Shown: positions 19,035-29,625, counted from the stretch's first letter. The stretch is 64,000 nucleotides of DNA from Myxococcales bacterium (GCA_047601445.1 JASGJH010000001.1:7680001-7744000); one strand, 5' to 3'. Program-made: numbers and translations. Notes: a model not told the origin generated them from the letters alone.

Positions 19035-20483
19035 ATGGCTGCTGCACGAGTTCTAGTGCTGGATGACGACGAAGCGCTCTGCGAGCTTCTCGCCAGCGAA
19101 CTCGAAGAGTGTGGCTATCAACCCGTGTGCGTGGGCACCGCTGCGGCGGCCTTCGACCACCTCGATGCCGGGCAGTTCGACGTGTTGGTGATGGACATCC
19201 GCATGCCAGGGCGTTCGGGAATCCATCTGTGCACCGAGATCGCCGGGGCTTGGCCCGAGCTACCCGTGATCCTGATGAGCGCCTTCGGCAACGCGGATAC
19301 CGCCATCCAGGCCATGCGCGCCGGCGCCTACGACTTCCTCATCAAGCCCTTCGAGACCGAAGAGCTCGACATGGTCTTGCGGCGTGCCGTCGAGCGCAAC
19401 GCCTTGCAGCGTGAGGTCAAGCGCCTGCAGCGGGCCGCTAACGCGCGGCCGGGCTTCACCGCGCTGCTCGGTGCTTCTCCCGTGATGGAGGCCCTATACG
19501 ACCGCATCGAGCGCGTGGCGATGTCGCAGGCTTCGGTCTTGATCTATGGGGAGAGCGGCTCGGGCAAGGAGCTCATCGCGCGCGCCATCCACGAGCTGAG
19601 TCGCCGTCGCGCGGGGCCGTTCGTGGCCCTCAACTGTGCAGCGGTACCCGACACGTTGTTGGAGAGTGAGCTGTTCGGGCACGAACGGGGCGCTTTCACG
19701 GACGCCAAGAGCGCGCGTCCGGGGCTCTTGCGCCAGGCCCACGGGGGCACCCTGTTCCTCGACGAGATCGGCGACATGTCCATCGCGCTCCAGCCCAAGC
19801 TCCTGCGCGCGCTCGAGGAGCGCACCGTGCGACCCGTCGGAGGTGATCGCGAGGTGATCTTCGATACCCGCATCGTGGCCGCCACCCATCGGGACCTCAA
19901 CGCCGAGGTCGGTCGTGGTAGCTTCCGCGCGGATCTGTTCTTTCGCTTGAACGTGGTGTCCATCGAGGTGCCGCCGCTGCGCTCGCGTGGCGACGACCTC
20001 TTGTTCCTGGCCAATCATTTCCTGGGTGAGTTCGCCACGCGCGACGACAAGCCTGTGCACGGACTCTCGGAGGAGGCCGCCCAGCGCCTCGCGCAGTATC
20101 GCTGGCCGGGCAACGTGCGTGAGCTGCGCAACTGCATGGAGCACGCCGTGGCCATGGCGCGTACCTCCCTGGTGTCCGGAGACGACCTGCCCGAGTACGT
20201 GCGTGCGATGCGCCCGGACCCCGGGGCCCCAGCACGCAGCCCGGGGCGGCAGGACCCGGCGCCGAACGAAAGCCAGGCCGGCGACTCCGCGCTGCTCAGC
20301 CTGTTCGAGGTGGAGCGTCGTCACGTGTTGCGGGTGCTGGAGTCGGTGGGGGGCAACAAGACCATGGCCGCCAAGATCCTCGGGATCGACCGCAAAACCC
20401 TGCATTCCCGCCTGACCCGCTACGAGCAGGATGCCATCCCGGCCTTCGAAGAAGCCGGCGACGCCGAGGCCCAGTCCCACTAA
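19035..20483 (+). CDS. Sigma-54-dependent response regulator (NtrC family)
   Basis: Receiver domain, GESGSGKE, ESELFGH..GAFTDA, LFLDEIG, WPGNVREL, Fis-type HTH. Confidence 0.95.
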   Translation: MAAARVLVLDDDEALCELLASELEECGYQPVCVGTAAAAFDHLDAGQFDVLVMDIRMPGRSGIHLCTEIAGAWPELPVILMSAFGNADTAIQAMRAGAYDFLIKPFETEELDMVLRRAVERNALQREVKRLQRAANARPGFTALLGASPVMEALYDRIERVAMSQASVLIYGESGSGKELIARAIHELSRRRAGPFVALNCAAVPDTLLESELFGHERGAFTDAKSARPGLLRQAHGGTLFLDEIGDMSIALQPKLLRALEERTVRPVGGDREVIFDTRIVAATHRDLNAEVGRGSFRADLFFRLNVVSIEVPPLRSRGDDLLFLANHFLGEFATRDDKPVHGLSEEAAQRLAQYRWPGNVRELRNCMEHAVAMARTSLVSGDDLPEYVRAMRPDPGAPARSPGRQDPAPNESQAGDSALLSLFEVERRHVLRVLESVGGNKTMAAKILGIDRKTLHSRLTRYEQDAIPAFEEAGDAEAQSH

Positions 20484-20506
20484 AGGCGGAGCCCCCGTTC
20501 TCAGCG

Positions 20507-20544
20507 GGGTCGTACGTGTGCCCGTGCCCGTGCCCGTAGACGAT
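20507..20544 (+). repeat. Dispersed intergenic repeat GGGTCGTACG-(GTGCCC)n-GTA.ACGAT, copy 1
   Basis: Near-identical to 34385-34416 apart from one extra hexamer unit. Confidence 0.65.
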
Positions 20545-20640
20545 TTCCGGTCCTCCGCCCGTCGGCTTGAGGGAGCCTGCCGCCTTTGCTACCCGAGCGG
20601 CTCGGCGCCTATGGGCGAGTACGAACGGAGCTCCTGAATC

Positions 20641-21681
20641 ATGGCCAATAACCTCAGCTGGCAACCCCCCCAACCCGAACAGCGCGGTTGGAACATCGAG
20701 CGGCACATTCTCGAGGGGCAGCGGGCGGTCAAAGGGGCGACCGGCGAGCTCACGGGCCTGCTGCAGCAGATCACCCTCTGCGCCAAGATCATCGCCAGCC
20801 GCGTGAACATGGCGGGCTTGGCCGACAACCTCGGGCTTACCGGCGAGACCAACGTGCAGGGCGAGGAGGTCCAGAAGCTGGACGATCTCGCCAACAACAC
20901 CCTGATCCGGACCCTGTCGCGCGGCGGCCGCGTGTGCGCCCTGGGCAGTGAAGAGGAGAGCGAGCCCATCTTCACGCCCGACGGCTATCCCTCGGGCAAG
21001 TACGTGGTGTTGTTCGACCCGCTGGACGGCTCCAGCAACATCGACGTCAACGTCAGCATCGGCACCATCTTCGCCATCCACGAGCGCGTAACGCCCGCGG
21101 GCGGCAAGGGCACGGCGGCCGATTTGCTACAGCCTGGCACCAAGCAGGTCGTGGCGGGCTATGTGATCTACGGCTCGAGCACCATGCTCGTGTACACCAC
21201 GGGGCAGGGCGTCCACGGCTTCACGCTGGATCCCTCGGTGGGCGAGTTCTTCCTGTCTCACCAGAACATTCGTATGCCCGAGCGCGGCAAGATCTACTCG
21301 GTCAACGAGGGCAACGCCGGCACCTGGGACGACGGCGTGCGTAAGTGGACCGAGTGGATGAAGACCCCCGACAAGAGCATCGGGCATCCCTATTCGGCGC
21401 GCTACGTGGGCTCCATGGTGGCCGACTTCCACCGCACCCTGCTCAAGGGTGGCGTGTTCGCGTATCCCGCGGACAAGAAGAACCCCAACGGCAAGCTGCG
21501 CCTCATGTACGAAGCCTCTCCGCTGGCGATGGTGGCCGAGCAGGCGGGCGGCGCGGCCTCCACGGGCAGCCAGCGCATCCTCGACATCGTGCCGACGGAA
21601 CTCCACCAGCGCGTGCCGATCTACATCGGCAGCAAGGGCGACGTGGAAGACGCCGTCGCGTTCGTGAACGGTCAACGCTGA
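20641..21681 (+). CDS. fbp: Class 1 fructose-1,6-bisphosphatase
   Basis: NVQGEEVQKLD, SEE, FDPLDGSSNIDVNVSIGTIF, RYVGSMVAD, GKLRLMYEA. Confidence 0.97.
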   Translation: MANNLSWQPPQPEQRGWNIERHILEGQRAVKGATGELTGLLQQITLCAKIIASRVNMAGLADNLGLTGETNVQGEEVQKLDDLANNTLIRTLSRGGRVCALGSEEESEPIFTPDGYPSGKYVVLFDPLDGSSNIDVNVSIGTIFAIHERVTPAGGKGTAADLLQPGTKQVVAGYVIYGSSTMLVYTTGQGVHGFTLDPSVGEFFLSHQNIRMPERGKIYSVNEGNAGTWDDGVRKWTEWMKTPDKSIGHPYSARYVGSMVADFHRTLLKGGVFAYPADKKNPNGKLRLMYEASPLAMVAEQAGGAASTGSQRILDIVPTELHQRVPIYIGSKGDVEDAVAFVNGQR

Positions 21682-21693
21682 GGACGTCCTGGT

Positions 21694-23224
21694 ATGGCCT
21701 CCTCCCCCGCCTGCGTGCACACTCGCCTGGGGATCTTGGAGGGCCATGCGGCGCCGCGGCACCTCGCCTTTCTCGGCATCCCGTTTGCCGAGCCTCCGTT
21801 GGGCAGCCGGCGTTTTCGCGCGCCGCAGCCGGTGCGGGCCTGGTCGGGCACACGGGAGGCCAAGACCTTCGCGCGCGCGGCCATGCAGGGGGCGGCGTTC
21901 GCGCCCGGTGTGCGCGTCGAGGGAGCCCAGAGCGAAGACTGCCTGACGCTCAACGTCTTCACGCCGGCGCTCGACGGGAAAAAGCGGCCCGTGATGTTCT
22001 GGATCCACGGCGGCGCCTTCACGGTGGGCACTGCTGGCATCGCGCTTTACCACGGGGGTACGCTGGCCGAGCTCGGCGACGTGGTGGTGGTCAGCGCGAA
22101 CTACCGGGTGGGCGCCCTTGGGTTCCTGGCGCTGGGGGAGATCGGGCGGAGCTGGGGCGCGCGCGCGAACCTGGGCATCCTGGATCAAATGCTCGCGCTC
22201 GAGTGGGTGCACGAGCACATCGCGGACTTCGGGGGAGATCCGGAGCGGGTGACGGTGTTCGGCGAGTCGGCCGGTGGCACCTTGGTGAACCTGTTGCTGG
22301 CTCTGCCCAAGACACGCGCGTGGTGTCAGCGGGCCATTGTGCAGAGCGGCACCGAGTCGCGCGTGCTGCTGCCTGCCGCTCGAGCCCATGCGATGGCCGA
22401 GCGCCTGTTGCACGCCCTCGAGATCCCGCTGTCCGACAGTGAGCGCTTGAGTCAGGTGCCGGTGGCAGCGTTGATGGCCGCTCAGGCGCAGCTGGAGGCG
22501 GGGTCCGGTTGGCCTCACTTCTTTCCCATCGTGGATGGCGAGCTGTTCGCGGAGGAGCCCGGAAAGGCGCTGCGCGTGGGGGCGCTGCGTGAGATCACAC
22601 TGCTCAGCGGCAGCAATCGCGACGAGTGGAATCTGTTCGCTGCGCCGGAGATCGCGAGCTGGCACAAGTCGCAGTCCGAAGCGGAGGCGTTGTCGGTGCT
22701 GGGGAAGAAGATGCGGTGGGCGCCGGAGGCCGAGCTGCAGACGCTCTTCGAGGGCTATCGAGCGTCACGCGTGGCGCTGGGGTTGCCCCACGATCCGCGC
22801 GCGCTGGTGCGGGCCATCGAGGGAGACCTGCGCTTTCGCATGCCCACCACGCGCACTGCAGAAGAGCACGTCGCCGCGGGCGGCCGCGCGTATACCTATC
22901 TATTCACCTACGGGTCGCCCGCCTTGCGCGGCGCGCTCGGGGCCTGTCACGCGCTCGAGTTGCCCTTCGTGTTCGGCTCGCTCTCGGCGCCCCAGCAGAG
23001 ATCGCTTCGCCGGCACGGGCCCTGCCCTCGAGCGCCTGAGCCACCGCATGATGAGTGCTTGGTGCGCCTTCGCACGCACCGGAGATCCGAGCTGCGAGGC
23101 CCTGGGGCCGTGGCCTGCCTTCGAGATCGAGCGACGCGACACCATGGTACTCGACCTCGAGTGCAGGGTCGAAGCGGCGCCACTCGAGGCAGAACGCAAG
23201 CTCTGGGATGGCTTGTTGGCTTAG
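21694..23224 (+). pseudogene. Type-B carboxylesterase (pNB esterase-like) with +1 frameshift near 22999
   Basis: SEDCLTLNV, WIHGGAF, FGESAGG, GACHALELPFVFG. The conserved C-terminus (W..FARTGDP...WP.F...TMVLD) continues in the next frame to a stop at 23224. May be a sequencing error. Confidence 0.8.
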
Positions 23225-24702
23225 GGCGCGAGAAGAACCCGCTCCAGCTCGCCGCCCTCGGTCGCGTGCAGCACGTAGAACGTGCCTGGCGTGGTGGCGA
23301 CCCAGACCTCGCGCTTGTCCGGGATGATGCGGGCCAAGCCGGGCACGCCCTCGCCGGCGGTGTCGAAGTAGGCCACTTCGCGCGGGCGCCATGGATTGCG
23401 GATGTCGTAGATGCGCAGGCCGCCTTCCCAGATGCCGCAGGCGAGCAGCCGGGGATCCTCGCGTCGGTCCACGTTGCAGTAGTGGGTGCCCACGCCGAAG
23501 CCGCTCGCGGGCTGGCCGCTGGCCATGCAGTGGGCGGGGTCCTGAGCTTCGGTCTTGAGCAGGGCCACGAGCTTGGGAGTCGTCTCGTCGCTGAGATCGA
23601 AGATGCGCGCATAGCCCCAAATGGGCTTCTCGGGATCGCTGCAGCTACCGGAGCCGAGCTCGTCGGACACCACCAGGTGAGGCTTGCCACGGATGCTGAT
23701 GGGGATGGCGTATTGCGAGACGTTGCCGTCGGCCCAAGTGATGTCCGCGATGACTTTGCCCTTGGCGCCTGGCTTGCGCGCCTGGAACTCGCTCAAATCC
23801 ACCACGGCCAGACTGCCCTGTCCCAGGTTGGCCACGTGCGGATAGGTGAAGTAGCCGCGATTGCCGTCGGCGCTGACGCCGAGATCGTGGGTGCCCACGC
23901 CGCCGAAGTCCGTGCCGATCACGCTCGGGTGCGCGGGCTCCTTCGAATCCACCGCGAAGACCTCGGAGGTGTAGAGTGAGCTCGCGTAGTAGATGCTGCC
24001 GTCGGCGGAGAAGTTGCCCGCGTGGCCGATGCTGGTGCCGAGCGAGCCGCGCAGCTCGAACGAACTCTGAAACAGCGGGGCCTTGCAGTCGGTGGCCACG
24101 TCGAAGACCGTCAGCGTGACGCCGTTGGACTCGTAGCCCGCCAACAGGCCGCTGACGTCGTTGGCCTTCATGGTCTCCCAGTTGCTGCGGAAGCCGAGCT
24201 GCGTGAGCGTGGTGGTGACGCTGGGCATCCCGTCCTCGGAGACGTGGATCACCGTGGTGCCGTCGTTGCCATTCACGTAGGCACAGTCGTCGTGCCATGC
24301 GAGCGAGAGAAAGTGCGGCGCCGCTACCTGGCCTGCGATCTCGAGGTTGCAGTGGAGGTCGCCGTTCAGGCCCTGAGTCTCGCCATCGGCCTTGTCTCCG
24401 GCACCACAGATCGCGCGCGGGGCGGGCTGGGTCCACGGCGTTCCCTCACCTTCGAAGGGCTCGCTGGGCCTGCTCCCGGCGTCGTTGTTGTCGCGACCGG
24501 CGTCGCGGTCACCTGGGGGGTCGTCGTCGCCGTCTCCCTGAGAGTCCGAGGGGCCATCTCCGTCGCCATCTCCATCTCCGTCGCCATCGCCAGCGCTGGG
24601 TTCGAGCGCCGTGCCCTGGGGAGCCGGGTCGCTGCTGCAGCCAGCCGCGCATGCGAGCAGGCAAGTGAAGAGGGCGGAATCGATAAGGAAGCGTCGGGGC
24701 AT
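23221..24702 (-). CDS. LVIVD-repeat-like beta-propeller lipoprotein with GD-repeat linker
   Basis: Lipobox AAGC, (GD)n, repeated motifs such as IFDLSD..P and GLRIYDIRNP..P.EVAYF. Confidence 0.8.
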   Translation of the reverse strand: MPRRFLIDSALFTCLLACAAGCSSDPAPQGTALEPSAGDGDGDGDGDGDGPSDSQGDGDDDPPGDRDAGRDNNDAGSRPSEPFEGEGTPWTQPAPRAICGAGDKADGETQGLNGDLHCNLEIAGQVAAPHFLSLAWHDDCAYVNGNDGTTVIHVSEDGMPSVTTTLTQLGFRSNWETMKANDVSGLLAGYESNGVTLTVFDVATDCKAPLFQSSFELRGSLGTSIGHAGNFSADGSIYYASSLYTSEVFAVDSKEPAHPSVIGTDFGGVGTHDLGVSADGNRGYFTYPHVANLGQGSLAVVDLSEFQARKPGAKGKVIADITWADGNVSQYAIPISIRGKPHLVVSDELGSGSCSDPEKPIWGYARIFDLSDETTPKLVALLKTEAQDPAHCMASGQPASGFGVGTHYCNVDRREDPRLLACGIWEGGLRIYDIRNPWRPREVAYFDTAGEGVPGLARIIPDKREVWVATTPGTFYVLHATEGGELERVLLAP

Positions 24703-24705
24703 CGG

Positions 24706-25515
24706 TCATCTCCCAGCGGAGCGCACCCCCTGGGAGATATCATCGTTCGCGTTGGCCACGGGCGGCCACCGCTGTGCCGAGGGCGGCCATTGCTGTGCTT
24801 TGCAGGCCGAACCGTCCCCGTGCGCGGCGCAAGGACGCGCGCGGGGAGCAGCTCCGCTCAGAATCCCTCGCGCGCGAGCTCCGCGTCCCGAGCCCGTACG
24901 CGGCTGAGCACCAGAATCCTTCGCGCGCTGCGGAGCCTGCGTTGGATTCCCTGCGTGCAACGGGGGCATGGGGTCGTACTCGATGGCGAGCTGGATCGCT
25001 TCGGCCACCTCCACACCCGCCAGCTCCATCACCAGCGAGAGCGCCAAGTCGATGCCTGCGGAGACGCCTGCCGCGGTGGCGTACTTTCCGTCGCGCGTGA
25101 CGCGATCTTCAGTGACCAACGCGCCGAACTCCGCGAGCCGAGCGCGCTGCGCCCAGTGCGTGCACGCGCGCTTGCCACGCAAGAGGCCTGCCGCACCGAG
25201 CACCAGGGCTCCCGTGCACACCGAGGCCGTAATCTGCGTGTGCTGGTCCATGCTGCGCACCCACTCGAGGACCTTGGGATCGCGTTCCAAGCGGCGCTGG
25301 CCGTAGCCTCCCGAGACCAGCAGGAGGTCGCAGCGCGAGACCTGGTCGACGCCGTGGTCGGCCAGCAAGCCGAGCGAGCGGTTGTCGGTGCGCACTGGCC
25401 CTGCCTGCGGCGCCACGAAGCGCACGCTGGCCTGGGGAACGCGAGCCAAGACCTCGTATGGACCCACGGCATCGAGCGCAGTGATCCCTTCGAACACCAA
25501 GATGGCGATCTCCAT
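24706..25515 (-). CDS. DJ-1/PfpI family protein (isonitrile hydratase-like); probable frameshift near 24915, native stop likely 24858
   Basis: LDAVGPYEVL, SVCTGAL.LGAAGLL, AAGVSAGID, IQL.IEYDP.PP. Removing one base gives a compact C-terminus KDLVLSRVRARDAELAREGF*. Confidence 0.88.
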   Translation of the reverse strand: MEIAILVFEGITALDAVGPYEVLARVPQASVRFVAPQAGPVRTDNRSLGLLADHGVDQVSRCDLLLVSGGYGQRRLERDPKVLEWVRSMDQHTQITASVCTGALVLGAAGLLRGKRACTHWAQRARLAEFGALVTEDRVTRDGKYATAAGVSAGIDLALSLVMELAGVEVAEAIQLAIEYDPMPPLHAGNPTQAPQRAKDSGAQPRTGSGRGARARGILSGAAPRARPCAAHGDGSACKAQQWPPSAQRWPPVANANDDISQGVRSAGR

Positions 25516-25540
25516 TGTCTTCTCTCCTGTTTGGGGAAAC

Positions 25541-26533
25541 TCAGGCGCGCGCAGGCCGCCCGAAGCGTGCGCGGTACTCGCGCGGGCTGATGCCGGCGCG
25601 GCGCGCGAGGGCGCGGCGCAGGGCCTCGGGCGTGCCGAAGCCCGACTCCGCGGCCACCACGTCCACATTGTGTTGGGTGGACTCGAGCAGGCGCCGCGCG
25701 GTCTCCACGCGCACGCGCTCCACGTAATCGGCGGGCGACGTCCCGGTCTCGGCGCGGAAAACGCGGCCGAAGTTGCGCACGCTCATATGGGCGCGGCGCG
25801 CGAGCGCAGGCACGCTCCAGTCGCGCTCGGGGTGCTCGTTGATGGTGGCCACCAGCTCGCGCAGGTTGCCGTCGCCCGAGCTTCGATCCGACAGCAGGGG
25901 ACTGAACTGGGACTGTCCGCCCGAGCGCCGGATGAACACCACCAACTGACGCGCCACCGTCTGCGCGATGGGAGCTCCCAGGTCATCCTCCACCAGCGCT
26001 AGCGAAAGGTCGATGCCCGCCGTGACGCCGGCCGAGGTCCAGGTCTTTCCGTCGCGCACGTAGATGGGCGCGGTCTCCACGCGGATGGCGGGGAACTCGG
26101 CGGCCAGTCGCTCGCACTGCGCCCAGTGGGTGGTGGCCCGCTTGCCGTCGAGTAACCCCGCGTGGGCCAACACGAAGGCCCCCGTGCACACGGAGGCCAC
26201 CCGTTGCGCTCGCGTCGCCGCTTCGCGTACGAGCCGCTGCACCGGCCGTTGCGAGGCGGCTTCTCGCGCGCCCGCGCCGCCCGCCACGATCAAGGTATGG
26301 AGCTGGGTTCGGGATGCCGCGATCAGCCGTGCCAGGGTGGTATGCGGAGCCAGTTGCAGCCCGCTTCGCCCACGCACCAGGCCCTTGCTCGGGGCCACCA
26401 AGAGCGGCTCGTAGGCGATGGGCTTGCGCAGCGCGTGCAGCGCCTGGTTGGCCGCCGCGAAGACCTCGAAGGGCCCCACCGCGTCGAGCGGCTGGCACCC
26501 CTGGAACATCACGATGGCGATTCGCTTGGGCAC
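25541..26533 (-). CDS. GlxA-family AraC regulator (DJ-1 domain + HTH)
   Basis: SVCTGAF, TTHW, TSAGVTAGID, RRSGGQSQFS, AraC HTH; GTG start at 26533. Confidence 0.92.
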   Translation of the reverse strand: MPKRIAIVMFQGCQPLDAVGPFEVFAAANQALHALRKPIAYEPLLVAPSKGLVRGRSGLQLAPHTTLARLIAASRTQLHTLIVAGGAGAREAASQRPVQRLVREAATRAQRVASVCTGAFVLAHAGLLDGKRATTHWAQCERLAAEFPAIRVETAPIYVRDGKTWTSAGVTAGIDLSLALVEDDLGAPIAQTVARQLVVFIRRSGGQSQFSPLLSDRSSGDGNLRELVATINEHPERDWSVPALARRAHMSVRNFGRVFRAETGTSPADYVERVRVETARRLLESTQHNVDVVAAESGFGTPEALRRALARRAGISPREYRARFGRPARA

Positions 26534-26561
26534 GAGTCGACTCTGGCGCCGGAAGGGTGCA

Positions 26562-26595
26562 TGGCGCAAGGACAACGATCGGACGTTTTCGGCCA
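26562..26595. promoter_or_regulatory. Imperfect inverted repeat upstream of the GlxA regulator (possible autoregulatory site)
   Basis: TGGCGCAAG...TTTTCGGCCA dyad just upstream of the start. Confidence 0.35.
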
Positions 26596-26661
26596 GTTGA
26601 AAACCGGGGACGTCACGCGAGCCCGCCGTTTCGCGAGGCTGCGCTCACGTGGTGCAATGAC

Positions 26662-27480
26662 TCAGTGGTCGCTGCGGTTCGTTGCCGACGCCACGACCCG
26701 CACCCAGCGCTGAAAGAGCCACGTACCTTCGCGCGCAGGTAGGCTCGTCTCGTGCACACAGCGCAGGCCCCGGAACAGCAGCGCGTCGTCCGGCAAGGCC
26801 TTGCCGAGCGCCGCGGGCGAGAGCGCTCCCTCGAAGCGCGAGAGCAAGAGCTCGTCGACCATGGGAGGCGCCTCGAAGAGCTGCCCCGACGTGCTCGGGC
26901 CGGCCTCCACGCTGACATTCGGCACCTGTGCGCGCAGCCAGCTCAGGGCCGTGCGCGCGCTTAGATCCGGCAGGGCGATGACCTGCGCGCGCGCGCCCAG
27001 GCGGCGTTCGAGCTCGGCGCTCCCTTCGGGACGCGTCAGCACGAGCTTGGGGGTTCCGTCGTGCCAGACAGGGTGCTCGAGCGGGAGGTTCCCGCTGCCG
27101 CTGAGGATGGCGCACAGCGGTGGATTCGCCTTGCCCAGTGCGCGGCGAAGCGCCGTCAGCGCGAGTGCGTGGGCACCGGCCAGCCGATGGGAGAGCGCGG
27201 GTTCGCGCCGTACGTTCTCGGCGCTAGTCAACAGCGCATCAGAGCGTGCTCGCGCCAAGTTGAGGCCAAAGAAGTCCGCCTCGCTTTGGGGGGTTGCCGG
27301 CGACCCGATGTCCAACACGTGCAGCCGTCCATCGCTCCCGCGCGCGGTGGCGGAGACCTGTGACACGCCGTGAAAGCCCAGCACATCGAGGCCGAATTGT
27401 GCCTCCGCGAGCTCGCGTGCCCGCGACACCAACTCGGCGACCTCTTCACTCTGCTCGCTGCCGCTCTGTTCGCTGCCCAT
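26662..27480 (-). CDS. RibD C-terminal / dihydrofolate reductase-like reductase
   Basis: RARSDALL....VR.E, ILSGSG.L, VSVEAGP, VDEL. Confidence 0.7.
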   Translation of the reverse strand: MGSEQSGSEQSEEVAELVSRARELAEAQFGLDVLGFHGVSQVSATARGSDGRLHVLDIGSPATPQSEADFFGLNLARARSDALLTSAENVRREPALSHRLAGAHALALTALRRALGKANPPLCAILSGSGNLPLEHPVWHDGTPKLVLTRPEGSAELERRLGARAQVIALPDLSARTALSWLRAQVPNVSVEAGPSTSGQLFEAPPMVDELLLSRFEGALSPAALGKALPDDALLFRGLRCVHETSLPAREGTWLFQRWVRVVASATNRSDH

Positions 27481-27489
27481 GAACCGCGC

Positions 27490-27735
27490 CTACTTCTGGA
27501 ACTTGGCCTTCCACTCTTCGTAGGGCATGCCGTACACAATCTCGCGTGCCTCGGGATCGCTCAGGGGTACGCCGCGCTCTTCGGCGGCCGCGCGATACCA
27601 CTTGGACAAGCAGTTGCGGCAAAAGCCTGCCAGGTTCATCAGGTCGATGTTCTGTACGTCGTTGCGCTCACGTAGGTGGGCGACGAGCCGGCGGAAGGCA
27701 GCGGCTTCGAGTTCGGTTTGGGTCGCTTGATCCAT
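27490..27735 (-). CDS. DUF1244 domain protein
   Basis: ELEAAAFRRLV.HLR.R.DVQNIDLMNLAGFCRNCLSKWY...VYGMPY.EWK. Confidence 0.92.
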   Translation of the reverse strand: MDQATQTELEAAAFRRLVAHLRERNDVQNIDLMNLAGFCRNCLSKWYRAAAEERGVPLSDPEAREIVYGMPYEEWKAKFQK

Positions 27736-27759
27736 TCCCAAGCTTTAGCACCGGCGTTC

Positions 27760-28431
27760 CTAGTGTGTGATCGTGGCGCGTGCGCGATCCGGAACGTTCA
27801 CGAACCAGAGCCCGAAACCGATGCCCACGCCGAGCAGGACGCTGCCCGCGGCCACACGCGCCGGGATCGCCGGCTGCTCCGACGGCAGCCCGGCGGCCAA
27901 CAAGAGTCCGCCCCCGACGGCGCCGCCCACCAACAGCACCCAACCCAGGATGCGCAGCGGCAGCCGACTCCTGTAGTCGATGACCACCTGATCACCGTCG
28001 TGGACTTGCAGTACCGGGTCGACCTTGACCGCACCGCGATCGCCCGTGCTCACGCCGAACACATAGGCGCGCGGGCGCAGACTTATTTCGCACGGCAGGC
28101 TGCACAGGGGCACGAGCTCACTGGTGTCGCGGTTGCCCGTGGGGCCCAACACCGCGTTCACGCCGCGCTCTTGGTAGAGCCTGAGCTCCAGCTTGTCGGA
28201 CCCTGGGGCCACCGAGAAGTGCACCGGCGGGTGCCGGTCGCTCCGCACCGCGCGTAGCGTGAGCTCGTCGCTCGGCGGGGGCGGATTGGCAGGGGGCGGC
28301 GACATCGGCGGACCGATGACGGTTTGGGCAGCGAGGGGACTGCCGATGAGCAAGCTGGTCAACACGAGTCCAGCCAGGAGGAGATTGCGGAGCACGAACT
28401 GTGGCGTAGGGCACACTCGGCACGTCGTCAA
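27760..28431 (-). CDS. Hypothetical exported/membrane protein
   Basis: Signal peptide, Pro-rich linker, C.LPC beta domain, two C-terminal TM helices. Confidence 0.65.
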   Translation of the reverse strand: MTTCRVCPTPQFVLRNLLLAGLVLTSLLIGSPLAAQTVIGPPMSPPPANPPPPSDELTLRAVRSDRHPPVHFSVAPGSDKLELRLYQERGVNAVLGPTGNRDTSELVPLCSLPCEISLRPRAYVFGVSTGDRGAVKVDPVLQVHDGDQVVIDYRSRLPLRILGWVLLVGGAVGGGLLLAAGLPSEQPAIPARVAAGSVLLGVGIGFGLWFVNVPDRARATITH

Positions 28432-28492
28432 CGCTGCGCGACATGGGGCTTCTTGCGATATGCTGCTGCCTTACCTTACCTTCGAGGTCTCC

Positions 28493-29245
28493 ATGCCTTC
28501 TGCTGCGCCACGCTCTCGCTGTTTCTATCTGGCGCCCCGACTCGACGTAGCCGCGGTTCTGCTCGCCCTTTGCGGGGCTGGCTGCTCGGAGCCTGCTCCC
28601 ACGACGGGGACGAGCCTGGGTGAAAGCGGCGACGGCGACGGTGACGATAGCGGCGATGGTGATGGTGATGGTGACGGCGATGGTGACGGTGATGGTGATG
28701 GTGACGGCGACCTCGCGGGTGATGGTGACGGCGACACCACGAGCAGTGGCGACGGAGATGCCAGCGGTACCGGCGAGGACTGCGCGCTCGGCGAAGCCGG
28801 GAGTTTCGCCACGGATCAACAGCTCAATCTGTTCGGTGACGTGATCTATTTCGCCAAGGGTAAGGACCTGCCCGAGGGCCACTACCGAGTCACCTACCAA
28901 GATGGCTGCATGAAGTACAACGCCGCCTACACCTGGACGGTGAACTCCGTGCTCGGAGGCAGCGACGGCTGGTGGTTGGTGGGCGCGAGCACGAGCGACC
29001 GCGTCACGCTCCTGCCCGGCAAGGGCGGCCTGTTGCCGCCGGATGGATTCACCGATTTCGAGGAGTGCGTGAAGGCCAACCAGGCCCTGCCGCCCAAGGA
29101 GTTCGACTTCAAGGGAGGCAAACTCGGCATCTATCTCAACGACTTCCCCTACGACGACAACCAGGCAGGCGAGGGGGGACGGAACCCCAAGTGGAAGTTG
29201 ACGTTGTTGGGGAGGGAGTGCCCGCCAGAGTTGGTGTTGCTGTAG
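28493..29245 (+). CDS. Lipoprotein with GD-repeat linker and small beta-sandwich-like domain
   Basis: GAGG RBS, lipobox GAGC, (GD)n, C-terminal D..Y.DN motif. Confidence 0.75.
   Translation: MPSAAPRSRCFYLAPRLDVAAVLLALCGAGCSEPAPTTGTSLGESGDGDGDDSGDGDGDGDGDGDGDGDGDGDLAGDGDGDTTSSGDGDASGTGEDCALGEAGSFATDQQLNLFGDVIYFAKGKDLPEGHYRVTYQDGCMKYNAAYTWTVNSVLGGSDGWWLVGASTSDRVTLLPGKGGLLPPDGFTDFEECVKANQALPPKEFDFKGGKLGIYLNDFPYDDNQAGEGGRNPKWKLTLLGRECPPELVLL
28628..28735 (+). repeat. Coding (Gly-Asp)n hexamer repeat
   Basis: GGYGAY tandem units. Confidence 0.8.
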
Positions 29246-29322
29246 TCCGCCGAAGGCGAGTTACTTCGTGGTCGTGGTCGTGCTCGGTCTCGGCGCCGCC
29301 GATGTCACTGCAGCTAGGCGCA

Positions 29323-29625
29323 GGTCGTCGCCGTCGCCGTCGCCCTCAACCGCTTTGCTGACCACGACAACGTCAACCGCTTCGCTGTCAACGTCAACCG
29401 CTGCCGCTGTCAACGTACGTGGGTTGGGGCTCGCCTCGGAGACTTGATCCGACCTCGTGGCGGTTCGAACCGGTGAAGCCAACGAGACTCCACCCGCCTC
29501 GCACACCAGAGGCAGCATGAGACCAGCTCCCGTTGACGTGGTCAGCGCGAGCGGTTGACGTTGTCGTGGTCAGCAAAGCGGTGGTCAACGTGAACAGCGA
29601 AGCGGTCGAGGGCGACGGCGACGAT
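29323..29625. repeat. Composite inverted/tandem repeat element between convergent genes
   Basis: Perfect 33-bp inverted repeat 29349-29381 / 29550-29582, an outer imperfect inverted repeat, and tandem 21-22-bp units CAACGTCAACCGCT..GCTGT. Confidence 0.8.

Noticed and set aside
19689..19706. GAFTDA instead of GAFTGA as evidence of an inactive activator
   Set aside because: The key Phe-Thr is retained and all other AAA+ motifs are intact; not sufficient evidence of inactivity.
23000..23979. Carboxylesterase fused to a novel C-terminal domain (761 aa)
   Set aside because: Out-of-frame read-through antisense to the lipoprotein gene, caused by the frameshift.
29368..29416. Tandem 21-22-bp repeats as a CRISPR array
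   Set aside because: Repeats are contiguous with no unique spacers, and no cas genes are present.
29455..29480. GGTTCGAACC resembling a tRNA T-loop
   Set aside because: No 5-bp T-stem in register, and no acceptor or anticodon arms.
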